NCBI GenBank assembly: GCA_963693365.1
Contig: CAVNZM010000009.1
Location: 10,704,969-10,747,219 of the forward strand
Direction: 5' to 3'
DNA: 42,251 nt
Source of the DNA: Amoebidium appalachense
Lineage: Eukaryota > Protista > Ichthyosporea
The stretch's first letter is position 1. Every line of letters starts with the position of its first letter. This document shows, one piece after another, positions 1 to 22,767 of the stretch. The translations under genes were made by a program, and so were the position numbers. A model generated the notes under the pieces. The model searched no databases. It was not told the origin of the DNA and saw only the letters and a program-made list of their open reading frames with translations.

Positions 1-175
1 TGTCCCCCCTGTTCACCCCCCCCCCCCCCCCCCCCCCCCGGGCCCGCGAGGCCGCCTTGCTCAAGTGCACGCCTGCCCCCCCTGCCTCGCCTGCCCCCCC
101 CCCTGCCTCGCCTGCCCCCCCCTGCCTCACGTGCACGCCTGCCCCCCCCGCCTCACGTGCACGCCTGCCCCCCTG

Positions 176-374
176 CCCCTGCCGTGTAGACTTAGCTTTT
201 TTTTTTCCTTTGCTCCCCTGCCTGCCGTGTAGACTTAGCTTTTTTTGCTCCCCTGCCTGCCGTGTAGACTTAGCTTTTTTTGCTCCCCTGCCTGCCGTGT
301 AGACTTAGCTTTTTTCTTTTCTTTTCTTTTGCTCCCCTGCCTGCCGTGTAGACTTAGCTTTATTTTTTTTTGCT
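176..374. repeat. Tandem array of 5 units (core tgctcccctgcctgccgtgtagacttagc) separated by variable oligo-T tracts
   Basis: The core tgccgtgtagacttagct occurs five times between 180 and 360, each followed by a T-rich tract of variable length. Degenerate cctgcc/gtgcacgcctgccc repeats precede it at 57-175. Confidence 0.9.
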
Positions 375-710
375 CTCCTCTCTCTCTCTCTCTGTCTCTG
401 CCCGTGCCCGTGTCCATACTTAGACGTTTTGCTGCCCGTCCTCCGTTCCCCGTTCCCCGGCCTGATCCTTAGTGTGACACTATGTTATCGCGTTTAAGAT
501 TTGAATCGATAAGTGTCTGTTGTCATTGGCCACCTTCCTACTTAAAAGTGGGTTGTGCTGTCATATTTGTTTTGTCTCTTTTTGTTCCCTCTTTTCGATT
601 CTAAACGGAAAAAGTGGGAAGTGAGAAATAGATCGATCGCGATCGAATCGGAGGTGATTTGGAGGGATGTGACCTCAAAGTTACCAGGTCACGTGATTAG
701 TCCAATATTG

Positions 711-1038
711 ATTGGGCGAGGGACTTGGTAAGGTTCGAATCGAATCGCGAAGGGCCGCCAGGCCCGGAGCACGGCTCACGGAGCCCGGCTCGACCCGCCC
801 GCGCTGCCTCGCAGTCCCCGGGTGGTCTGGGGGGGTCGGGGGTCTGGGGGGAGAGGGGGGAGGGAGCGGATGCCGATGCATATGATCCGCTCCCTCCCCC
901 TTCCTCCCCCCAGACCCCAGACCCCCCTATACCCCCCCAGGCAGCGCGGGCGGGCCCGGGCCGGGCGCCGTGTGTCGTGCTCCGGGCCTGGCGGCTCTTC
1001 GCGATTCCATTCGAACCTTACCAAGTCCCTCGTCCAAT
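711..1038. repeat. ~330-bp imperfect palindrome (foldback; MITE-like or hairpin RNA)
   Basis: The left arm attgggcgagggacttggtaaggttcgaatcgaatcgcgaagggccgccaggcccggagcacg (from 711) matches the reverse complement of the arm ending at 1038 with 3 mismatches. Pairing continues inward to gggagggagcggat/atccgctccctccc around a ~13-nt loop (872-884). Confidence 0.9.
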
Positions 1039-2134
1039 CCAACAGTGAAAAAAGCCTTTTGCGTGGGCAGAACGATACCCTAGGCCGCGTAAACACGGAG
1101 ATGTAGAAAGTGTAGGGCTAAGCCCTTCCTTCTCACGCATAGTCCTTTTGGGATGTTTGGGGGGAAAAAGCCTGGCCGTTGCCAAGTCGACGTCGCACCA
1201 TGGCCACTTACTCAGGCTGCATATGCATCTCAGGGCGTTTATAAATTTGTTTTCGGGCCATCTGCGCACGTGTATGCGGCAGCTTCAAATGCAGTGATCA
1301 TTTTTGCCTTCGCTAACTAATTCGTGCCTATTCCTCTCCCCTGCAGCGTATGCACTCTTGTAGGTAGCACACAACTGGTACCCTAGGCCCAGAGATCCAA
1401 CGATCGAACTTCACAAATGGCATCTTTCTCCTCTCCTTCTTCTTCCTCCCTCTGTCCCTTTCATCGTGCTCCGTGCCAGCTTTTCCTCCGTTTCACAATG
1501 CTACACACAAGAATTATTAGGTTTTACGGATTTCTCCAGCGGTCATTGCACAAAGTAGGCCACATCCACCTCCTCATTCACAACACATACACACGAAGTG
1601 CTACTGCTAGAGTGTGGCTGTGCACGAGTAGTTCTTCTCTCCCTTCTGCACAACACGGTGCCTCCCTCTCATCCTCGGAAATTTACAATTACGAGGTTTT
1701 CAAACCATGTGCCGTTGCGAGCGCACGGGCGCCGAGGGTCCCCGCTTCCTTTTGTCTGTTTGTGTCTTTACGCCTCCTCGATGTGTGCTGCAAGGCCTCG
1801 TTACATATCTTTTCGAGGTGCGATTTTCGAGCCCCGTGTCGGGAGGGTTCTTATTGGATCGGAAAGCATCATTTATCGTGTAGTCGGCGCACTCAGCACA
1901 CACCTGACATGGCATTACAAAGTTCCCGTCATTGTGTTAGATCTAGAAGGGTGTCCATGTACACACGTGCTTGCGCAGTTCTGAAAATGTATGTATGAGT
2001 GTGGTTTTTACATGTACCTATACATTCTGCATGTGAGGAGAACGTTATTATGTACGCGTACATATGGCGGGTGTGTGCGTGTGCGTGTACATGTGTGTGT
2101 ACATGTGCATGCACAAGTGTGTGTACACGTGTGA

Positions 2135-2161
2135 CGTGTGTGTGTGTGTGTGTGTGCGTGG

Positions 2162-2248
<87 letters not shown>

Positions 2249-2302
2249 CGCGCGCGCGCGCGCGCGCGTGTATGTGTGTGTGTGTGTATGTGTGTGTGTG
2301 TG
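2135..2302. repeat. (GT)n/(GC)n microsatellite
   Basis: Direct reading of the dinucleotide runs. Confidence 0.95.
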
Positions 2303-2435
2303 CACGCGCACACACAAGCGTTGTTGCCTCCTATGGTCAAGGTGGGGGAAGGGAGAGGGGGGAGGGAGGGGCGGGGGGGGGGGGGGGGAAGTTACCTTCC
2401 CCTTTTATTACTTCGGTTAACCGTTAGGGAAGTCG

Positions 2436-2517
<82 letters not shown>

Positions 2518-2540
2518 TCCCCAAACGCCTCCTTGCACGC

Positions 2541-2597
2541 ACTTCTCGAGCAGCAAAATATTGATGGTTACATACTTCTCGAGCAGCAAAATATTGA
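2541..2597. repeat. Short direct duplication (acttctcgagcagcaaaatattga x2, 33-bp period)
   Basis: Identical 24-mers start at 2541 and 2574. Confidence 0.85.
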
Positions 2598-2776
2598 CAA
2601 GCTGACTACTAAAAAAAGACAAGTGCAGGCACAGTCTGAGAGACAGTGTGAAACTTAATGCAACAAATCAATGTTTGTCGACCGAGGGCTTTTTTTTGAA
2701 ATATTACAATTTCTGCCGCCAGCTCTCCCTCCCCGCCCCCTCTCAGTGCCTTTACTCCCCCTTCCACCCCCCCCCC

Positions 2777-2810
<34 letters not shown>

Positions 2811-2920
2811 AAAAAACAAAAAAAAAAACACACAGTGTGAGGCTGTGAAAAAGCCAGCAGTTCAATTTTCACTGAACAAGACACAGATTTGGGCTAGATA
2901 AACAAGTGCCCGTGCTTGTG

Positions 2921-2951
<31 letters not shown>

Positions 2952-4368
2952 CCTCGCGGTCTAACTTATCTAGCCCCTGCAATTGTCATCCAGAAAATCC
3001 ATGTCCCTATTGAAATGGTAGAAACTTTTCCGTGTTTAGTACCTATAATTATGTGAAGTGTTGCTTGGCCTTGGCTGTATATTCAGCCAAATGATAGATA
3101 TATACTGATAACATAATGATTATTCCTGGGAGGAAGGCGGCTGCGGTTAAAAGTAAGACACGCCGTGTATGTACAACATAGAAATATAAATGACCGCCAA
3201 ACTCGAAATGCATGACTCGCTCCACCCACCGCCCCGAGGCAAGCTTTTTTCTTTTTTATTTCGGCAGTGGTTGAGAGGGTGTCTGTGTGGGGGGGGGGGT
3301 TGGGGGGGAGGGGGGTGACGGCTTGCACCTTTCAAACCCTCAGAGGCATTTGCTGCATTTGACGGCGCCCTTAGTATCTACAAAACAAATGACGGGACGG
3401 TCTAGCAGAAGAGAAAAAGGTGTTTGTAGTAAGTAGTGTGCTTCCCGAGTTACGATATCGATAGCATGTGTACAGTATTTTTAGTTACCTTACCCTAAAA
3501 CTTCCTATTTCGATTCACTTCTCGCCGTTTGATTTTTTTTACCTTCTCACTACAAACCAATGTCATTTTGCTACCTCGCCTTCTATTTAGTACACCTCCA
3601 GCCAAGCGTACATGTACAAACACTTTGCTCATGCTCGGCCCGCTTGGTTGGGGGGGGTGAGGGGCGTGGGGCAGCCCCCCCATTTAGGGCCCAGACACAC
3701 ATAGGGCCATCGTAATGGTTTATGTTTTTATTTCGGTGATACATGATCAAATACTTGTTTTTAGCAGTTCATGAAAGCAATCCCCCTATACCTAGAGGCC
3801 TCCATGGCGGACTCACGTCGCCCCCGCCTCTCATTTCCACTCTAGATCTTCGGGTTAGGTTGTCTGTCGGTATGTGAATACCTTAGCATTATTGAGAGCA
3901 CGTTCAGAGTTTGCAGGCGATGCAATCATGAATCTGCGAGTCATGACAGGTGTGTGTTGTGTGCGCACCGAAAGTTTCTTCTCATTTTCCCTCGTATGTT
4001 CTGCTTTAGGCCTGGGTGGCACGTTCGTCTGGCCAACCGATCTATATCCCCCTGGATGTATGGGTTGGCAGGTGCTGAGTAAAGGAAGACATATTCTAGG
4101 CTCACACAACTTGAATGCGATATGTGGATGGAGGGGAGAGATTTTTCCTATAACTTGGCCATGTGAACGGTGGTATAGTGTTTGTGCTACAAATTCGTTC
4201 GGCTAGCAGGAGATCTGGAGCGGAGGTCGTGGTCAGCAATTTCCGAGAGTGCAGGGAAGGAGGGAGATTGGGAGAAGAGGGAGGGTTCTCCGTTAGGAAC
4301 CCGTGAGACAGACGAATCAAGTGAAGGGGGACGAGGGGGGAAGGTGGGGGGAATGGATTGGGGCGGGT

Positions 4369-4399
<31 letters not shown>

Positions 4400-5491
4400 G
4401 GGGGGGGCAGATAACCAATCTGTTCTTGTGGCCCTCCTCCCCCCTGCGACCTCCCCCCGCACCCCCATTATATACTTATTCATAGTATTCAATGAATTAA
4501 CCTTTCCTCATGTTCGGCATACCGTATCAACGCCGTGACTTCTTCCAATGCTGCTGCCTTGCATGAGTTCTTTCTTGTTCGCTTCTTCCTTCCAACCACA
4601 CATACAGACCACAATAGCAAGTGTTACATCTTTATACAGTCCAGTTTGTGGTCGGAAGCAGAGGTAAACACTAAATACTCCCCTCTTCACCTGCATTTGC
4701 ATTTTGAATTTTAGCTTTGCACACTCCTAGTCGCTGTAGGTGTGTATTTGCAAGTTATCATAATCCCCCCCTTCCCCCCCACCCCACCCCCCCCAACACA
4801 CCCCCTCCTCTCGTGGCACTGTGTCAAGACCACGCTCGGTAATATTTGCAGTCCGCACGGCCCAAAGACAACTTGAGGCGTTTTCTATCTGTCGGGCAAT
4901 CCTACGTTGCCTCAAGGAGACCGTGTTTTCGAGCGTCTGCTGGGACGACCTGGGTAGTTAGACTGGTGAATGGTGGGCAAAAGGTTGGGTATAGACCATA
5001 TACATGGGAAGCTTTACATGGTGGTGTGTGTGTGTGGGGGGGGGGGGGGGGGGGAGGAGGAGGAGAGGTAGGATGGGTGAAGAGGAAAGATGTGTGGACA
5101 TGAGAGATCAGGTCCTTTTGCCCACTGCCCTCCCCCTAACAACCCCCCCCCCCCTCCCCCCCCCTGCCTCTCCCTCCCCCCCCTCCCGCCCCCAACTAAT
5201 AAGAGAAGAGCACTGCATGAAGAAAGTATACTAGATTTTAGCGTTCAGCGTGGGCCATAAAAAGACCCTTTCTTTTCCCCTGCATCCCTTGTTCGAATTT
5301 TTGCTGAAGTTTCTTCTCTTTTGTTGTGATCAGCAGGGGAAAGAGGGGCTAAGGGGAGGGGGGGAGGCGAGGAGGGACGGGGAGGGGGTCAGGTTACAAT
5401 GCGCTATAGAGTATGAATGACACAACGTGGCAGCAAAATGCAGAGTGCAAAGCACATATGAAGGATATCCACAATAAGCAGAGCCCATCCT

Positions 5492-5531
<40 letters not shown>

Positions 5532-5637
5532 TACTCATACCCAAGGGTTACTCATTCGGCAGCAGGGGGGCCCACCACTACGTCCACCCACTCGGGTTCG
5601 GGAAGGCCGTAGTTTCTGTGTGTGTGTGTGTGAGGAA

Positions 5638-5674
<37 letters not shown>

Positions 5675-6312
5675 TGGATAGAGGGACATGCGAGTAGTTA
5701 GGGAGAAGAGTTCACTTGCTCATTCACTGTGTGATACAAGTAGATTCTTATCTTCACATTCCTACTATCGGCAGCCAAAAAGAGAAGAGGGCGCCGGGGG
5801 TTGCTTTCCACGGCACCAACGCACGTGTCAAACACTTTGAAACACAACGTGCCATGCAAACAAGGACACTCATATAGGGTGTTCAAGCTTCGCCTCCTCT
5901 CCCATTCTCATTGGAGGGGCGGGAGGGAGGGGGGGGGGTGTTGAACAAAATTTCTTCACTTCTCAATCGAACAACCTACATGCCCGGTGCAGGTATTGTG
6001 CTGGGTATATTGTCGGAGCAAGGAGTCTCGCATGGAAGGGGGCCATAAAGGACTCTGTGTGCATGCACGTGCATGCTTGTCGTTGCTTCTGGTCCCGTAC
6101 ACGGCCCTCGGGGAGGGAAAAGGAGAGGGGGAAGGGGAAGGGGGAAATGGTGTGTGGGGTGGGGTGGATGGGCGTATACAACCAGACGGGAAAGTGAGAA
6201 CAAGCATACACAACGACTGACAAGGGTATCTTTTTTTTGGGTCAGGGGAGGGTGGATGGGTTGGGAAGCGGAAGGTGTGTGTGGTGGTGCGTGTGTATGT
6301 GTGTGTGTGCGC

Positions 6313-6374
<62 letters not shown>

Positions 6375-6405
6375 GGGGGGAGGGGGGGGGGGGGGGCAGA
6401 CATAC

Positions 6406-6530
6406 TGAACGTTGACGTGTCTGGGGCGACCAATCAAATCGTCCAGATGCACATTGTCGTCATCAATGCGCACTGTGATTGGCTCAGTGTCAGCCACTCT
6501 CCACCCACCCTGCCCATCACTTGCTCGTGG
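6406..6530 (-). CDS. Candidate additional 3' exon of the kinase gene (PRASDGQGGWRVADTEPITVRIDDDNVHLDDLIGRPRHVNV)
   Basis: An open, protein-like frame bounded by TAG| and |GTATGT. It joins in phase 0 only if the upstream exon uses the weaker donor AAG|GTGGAC (exon end 7443). No downstream exon was identified. Confidence 0.35.
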
Positions 6531-6834
6531 CTATCCTTTAAGCCAGTACTCACATGACTGGGCAACCCACTCACACCGCCCCAGCAACATTCATGCATCC
6601 ATTCCCCCCCCCGTCCCCCCTCCCCCCCCCCCCCCCCCCCCTCCCTCCCTCTCCTTTCTCTCCCCCTCCCCTCCTCCTGCTACATCTAGTTGTGGTGCTC
6701 ACTCCCCCTATCTCTGTGATTGCCCTTTTTGCTTGCTCTACTTACCGCTAAAAGACACCCCCCACACCTCATCTGCTCTTCGGCAAAGCCTGCATCCCCC
6801 AAGCCCCCCCACCCCCAACCCCTTGCCTCCCTGC

Positions 6835-7340
6835 GCACACAAACATCTTAGCTGATTGAATACATATCGGCCATATAGGCGCACACAAACATCTTAGCTG
6901 ATTGAATACATATCGGCCATATAGGCGCACACAAACATCTTAGCTGATTGAATACATATCGGCCATATAGGCGCACACAAACATCTTAGCTGATTGAATA
7001 CATATCGGCCATATAGGCGCACACAAACATCTTAGCTGATTGAATACATATCGGCCATATAGGCGCACACAAACATCTTAGCTGATTGAATACATATCGG
7101 CCATATAGGCGCACACAAACATCTTAGCTGATTGAATACATATCGGCCATATAGGCGCACACAAACATCTTAGCTGATTGAATACATATCGGCCATATAG
7201 GCGCACACAAACATCTTAGCTGATTGAATACATATCGGCCATATAGGCGCACACAAACATCTTAGCTGATTGAATAAATATCGGCCATATAGGCGCACAC
7301 AAACATCTTAGCTGATTGAATACATATCGGCCATATAGGC
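6835..7340. repeat. 46-bp minisatellite, 11 near-identical copies
   Basis: Unit gcacacaaacatcttagctgattgaatacatatcggccatataggc starts at 6835, 6881, 6927 ... 7295, with one substitution in copy 10 and no spacers. Confidence 0.95.
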
Positions 7341-7415
7341 TCACACACCACTCTCTGCTGCTCTCCCCGAGAGGAAGTTGTTTGGAAAAAACACGTTTGA
7401 TAGGCAAATAGACCT

Positions 7416-17861
<10,446 letters not shown>

Positions 17862-18121
17862 GACGGGTGTTCTTTTTAGTGTTCGTTAATGGACACAGCT
17901 AAGGCCACATTTCGAACCAACTGCTTTAACCGAATTTTCCATGTTCACGTGTATACAGGTATGTTAATAAGCGTATGCAGTCAATAATAATACACCGAGG
18001 TAGCTACTCGAGCCTTTGCCAACCTGAGAAAAATATCATAAGGAAAGAAGAGCTCGAGTGTAACGGTTGCACATGCGCAAACGTCGCCGGCCGGCATGTT
18101 GTTGTGAAGTGGTGCGCAGGA

Positions 18122-18252
18122 AGCCAATAGATCGTTTTGATAAACAAAAAACTTCCTATTGGCTTATTTTTCAAAATGCGCAGGCTTGCGATTGGCTATC
18201 GCTAATTTTCCAGGGCTACGTAAACTACACGCATGTTCGGAACTCCAATCAG
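18122..18252. promoter_or_regulatory. Cluster of CCAAT/ATTGG boxes upstream of the kinase start
   Basis: agccaatag (18122), tattggct (18157), gattggct (18190) and ccaatcag (18245) lie 260-390 bp upstream of the ATG at 17861. Confidence 0.35.
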
Positions 18253-18384
18253 ATCAGCAGAAATAATGAATGAGCCTCTGCTCAAACGGGGGGGGGGGGG
18301 GGGGGGGGGGGGGAGAGTGAGGGGGGGGAGGGGGGGAGGGGGGGGGGGAGATGGAAAGGGCCTGCGTGTGTGTCTGTGTGTGTT

Positions 18385-18486
<102 letters not shown>

Positions 18487-18880
18487 TGTGTGTGTGTGCG
18501 TGTGTGCAGCGTGTGCGTGCGTGTGTCTGTGTGTGCGTGTGCGTGTGTGTGTTTATTTCGTTTTGTCCGCAAATTAGCCCCCTAAGGATCCCCCTTATAT
18601 AGAACCTTAGTCTAGACATGGGTCACACGGTTCATTATTCTATTTACACCCCCCCCCAGGAGGCCCCCTCTCCACCCCCTCCCCTCCCCAAACCCCTTTT
18701 CCCCCTCCCCCCCCGCCCGCGGCGCCCCCTCCCCCCTTACCCTCCCCCCCCTTTGAACCCGTGGCTCCTTCCTTTCTATTGGCTGCGGGAGGTGCTCTTT
18801 TTTTTCGATCTTTTTTTTTGTTTGTTTGCTTGCTTTGTTTGTTTGTTTTGTTTTTTTTTCTTTTTAGGGTTGTGGGTGGG

Positions 18881-18881
<1 letters not shown>

Positions 18882-18978
<97 letters not shown>
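18882..18978 (+). repeat. 97-nt poly-G homopolymer
   Basis: Direct reading. Confidence 0.9.
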
Positions 18979-18979
<1 letters not shown>

Positions 18980-19350
18980 GGCACAAAAACACACCGCGAC
19001 CGTGCACATGTACACGGACACATACACAGACAAATCGCGATTGTTAAATTTACACATGTAAACGTTCACACATACACACATACACTGCACACACAAGCAC
19101 GCAATAACTAACGAACAAAAAATCCACATGTACATACAATACATGCACACATTTTCGCACAAAAAGGTGTGTCGGGGGGTAATGATTAACTCACGTGTCC
19201 GACTCCCCGTGGGCCCACCAATGTAAACCATTATCATAGTTTCTTGGCATGTGGTCCATACACACACACACACACACACACACACTGCAACTGACTCACA
19301 GACACACACACTCACTCGCATACTCACACACACTGTACAACGCTCACTCG

Positions 19351-19416
<66 letters not shown>

Positions 19417-19669
19417 CACACACCAGCACCATCACAATCACCACCACCACCGGACGTCACCGGTTTTCTTACTTTTTCCCCAGCGTCGCTACCCAAGAAT
19501 CTTAATACTATTGATTCAAATAGGTGACTTATGCTTAGTTTTGAATGACCACTGTACCGTCTTCCACCTAGCACCCACTGTACTAGGAGTGGCTAGGGTG
19601 CTAATATTTATGTTGCAATGATCAGCTGCAGCTGATTAGCTGACATACCTTTGTGTGTGTGCATGCGTG

Positions 19670-19691
19670 CGCATGCGTGCGTGCGTGCGCA

Positions 19692-19751
<60 letters not shown>

Positions 19752-19752
19752 A
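19670..19752. repeat. (TGCG)n tetranucleotide repeat
   Basis: Direct reading. Confidence 0.9.
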
Positions 19753-19757
19753 AACCG

Positions 19758-19802
<45 letters not shown>

Positions 19803-20362
19803 ACACATGTACACACACACACCTCGATTGCAAACCCCACTCCACCCCTGCAACCTACCACCACCACCAAAAGGAAAAAAGAAAATCAAACAAAAAATCG
19901 AATGAAATCCTGATAAAATCCATGAATTGGTTGTTTCTCCAGCCTTCTATAACAGTGCATGCAATTTCATTCAGGTTTTCTCTCATGTCCACTGGCGCCT
20001 TTCACGAGTATTATTGACCGGTACACATCCACCTTTCAACCGTTTCCTGACACCTATCCACTCGCGCGCACACCATCCTTCACTACACTCTTTTCCTCAC
20101 AGACATTTACCTGTGCCCAAATTTGGGCATAAACTGCATCAGTTGTAAGTCTACCCGCCCGCATACTCCAAGCACCCGTGTCACACGCCGCATTATTAGC
20201 CCGACCGCGGCCGAAGCACCCAGTCCCCTTGAACTTTAGACCATTCCATTCGCACATGCACGCACCAGAAAACACAGACTCGGTACGTCACAAGTCTCGA
20301 TTCATGCAATTGCATGCCGGGAATTTCATTTCCGAAACGATAATTGAGTTGTGCCGTGTTTG

Positions 20363-20405
<43 letters not shown>

Positions 20406-20556
20406 TTCCCCTGCCGTTCCCGGCGTCCAACCACATGCGTACGAGACTTTTTCTGCGGTTTCTGGGGTGGGGTGCATGCGTGGGAGATGGTTGTCTTTCT
20501 TTCTTTCTTTCTTTCTTTTTTTTTTGGGGAGGGGGGAGGGTGGGTGGGGTCACCTT

Positions 20557-20593
<37 letters not shown>

Positions 20594-20609
20594 TGGTGGT
20601 GGTGGTGGT

Positions 20610-20648
<39 letters not shown>

Positions 20649-21081
20649 CTTGGGGTGTGTGTGTTTGTGTGTGGACATGTGTGTGTGTGTGTGTGGACAC
20701 GTGTGTACATGTGTGTGTATGTTATCCAATTGGAGAGGGCCCCCGGGAGGAAACTACGATCTTTGGATGCTGCCTAACACGCTCTAACATGCCCTAGTCA
20801 ATTGTGCGTCAATATGGACTTTTGGTTTTGAAGGGAATGCACTGCTTACGGGTGTGCATGTGTAGTATACGCGTAGTCAATGAGTACCTCACGTGGTAGG
20901 CACATCAAGCAGAGGGTGTGCGCATGTGTTGTGTGGGAGGGAGGGGCAATTGTGCGGGCACACTGAACTGCGCAAACACGTGCCCTTCCTAAAAATCATC
21001 TGCTGTACGTGCATGCGCAATGAACTCAGCATAGACGAATGTATCAATACATATTAGGGCACATACTGCACGTTATAAATC

Positions 21082-21275
21082 CCAAGGAGAAGGAAGAGGC
21101 TCTGTCAAGTATTGCTGCCGTCACAACCATATGCCCAGCTTTGCGGTGGTAAGATTATATGTCGTAAGAGCCCCATACCAAGGAGAAGGAAGAGGCTCTG
21201 TCAAGTATTGCTGCCGTCACAACCATATGCCCAGCTTTGCGGTGGTAAGATTATATGTCGTAAGAGCCCCATACC
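21082..21275. repeat. Perfect 96-bp tandem duplication
   Basis: ccaaggagaaggaagaggctctgtcaag...gtaagagccccata starts at 21082 and again at 21178. Confidence 0.95.
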
Positions 21276-21613
21276 TTTATAGACACCTGCAATCGGCTAT
21301 GTAATTGCTTTATTCCCAACCTGGTTTTGCATTATACGTATTACCCCCCCCCCCCCCCCCTCCCCTCCCACCAAGGCAACAACCAGGAAAGAGAACAATC
21401 TACAGACAGGCATGTACAATCAAATTGCCATGGAAAAACCAAGCCAACCAGTCATCTTCAATTCATAAGCAAACAGTAGTACCCCACCTATTCATTGTCT
21501 AGCGGGCACCAGTCCCGCCTCATACCGGGCCTGCCTGCAGGCCCTATGCCGGCCCATATGGAGCCAGTCGCTATATCAGTTTGTGTGGCCCGGGTCCTGC
21601 CCGGTCATCCTTT

Positions 21614-21657
<44 letters not shown>

Positions 21658-21667
21658 ACACACACAC

Positions 21668-22723
21668 CTACTCGTCCATACTCTCGTCACCCCCCGCCCC
21701 ATCCTCCTCCTCCACCTCGTATTCTTCATATCCACCCTCTCTGGCCCAGCATGCTTCAAGCACGACCTTGAACTGGACCATCTGCACACCAAACAGTTTC
21801 TGTGGGGTTATGTGTCAGTGTGTGTGTTCAAACAATGTGCACAGCGCAGACTATGTATCGAATGCAAACGAATGAGCACAAGGAAAAGAAGGGGTGGGAG
21901 GGTGGGAGTAACAAAGAATGCAACGTACAGCACACAGACAAACCTGCCGACTGCATATGCATGCGGCAGCGGCACCGCACCAACACAAAAGTAGAACTAA
22001 AGCAGATACCATGTGTGTGCATGTGTGGGGAGGGGGGTAAAGACATATGATCCACCAACTATCCCACTCTCAACCACTATCATTGATGAGTGGTGGATAA
22101 TGGTGTCATCGACTATCTGTCCAACCCCCCCCCCCCTCCTTCCTCCCCCCCCAACACACACACACCACATTTGCAGCCCGCTTTCCAAGAGACTTTCCCT
22201 ATCCTCCGTGCCCACAAAAAAAAAAAAAAAAAAAAAAAAGGCTGCCCCCACCTCTTCCCCAACGCTCACATCAAGCAAAACGCATGCACAATCACCTCTT
22301 CGAGGATATCATAAAACCCCCACCCCCCTCAGAGGCTAGTTGGTCCACACCTGTGCCAAGCCACAACATAAATAATCCTTCAGACACGCTGCAGCAATGA
22401 AAGTGCTTAATCCCACCCCACCCCCTCTCGAACAAACAAGACCAACACGATGCTACATACCAGCAACTGGGCCTGCTGCGGGTTGAGGGTGTCGCCTTCC
22501 CTGCAGACGGCATACTCACGGTCCACCTCGATCACCCCTGTGTGTTTGTGTGTGTGTGTCGACGTAAGGACATTCACATGCTGTTAGTGCATGAAATCCA
22601 TCGCCCACCCCTCGCGGACCATGCACGGGGCAGCATGGGTAAAGAAAAGAGGCATTAGTTTGGAGTTGCGTGTGATATACAATATACATATACATATATA
22701 TATATATATATATAAATATATAC

Positions 22724-22767
<44 letters not shown>

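Noticed and set aside
698-745. Possible tRNA gene around GGTTCGAATC
   Set aside because: No cloverleaf could be built; the motif is part of the foldback arm.
1100-2000. ORF 1417-1998 and minus-strand fragments as a gene
   Set aside because: No recognisable motifs and no phase-consistent exon chain; it could be a decayed element but this is unsupported.
3800-4330. Complex-sequence patch (ORF 3874-4206 and a stop-interrupted frame) as a pseudogene or recoded gene
   Set aside because: The interruptions include TAA, TGA and TAG, so there is no consistent codon reassignment, and no family was recognised.
6835-7340. CRISPR-like appearance of the 46-bp array
   Set aside because: Units are contiguous with no unique spacers, there are no cas genes, and the context is eukaryotic.
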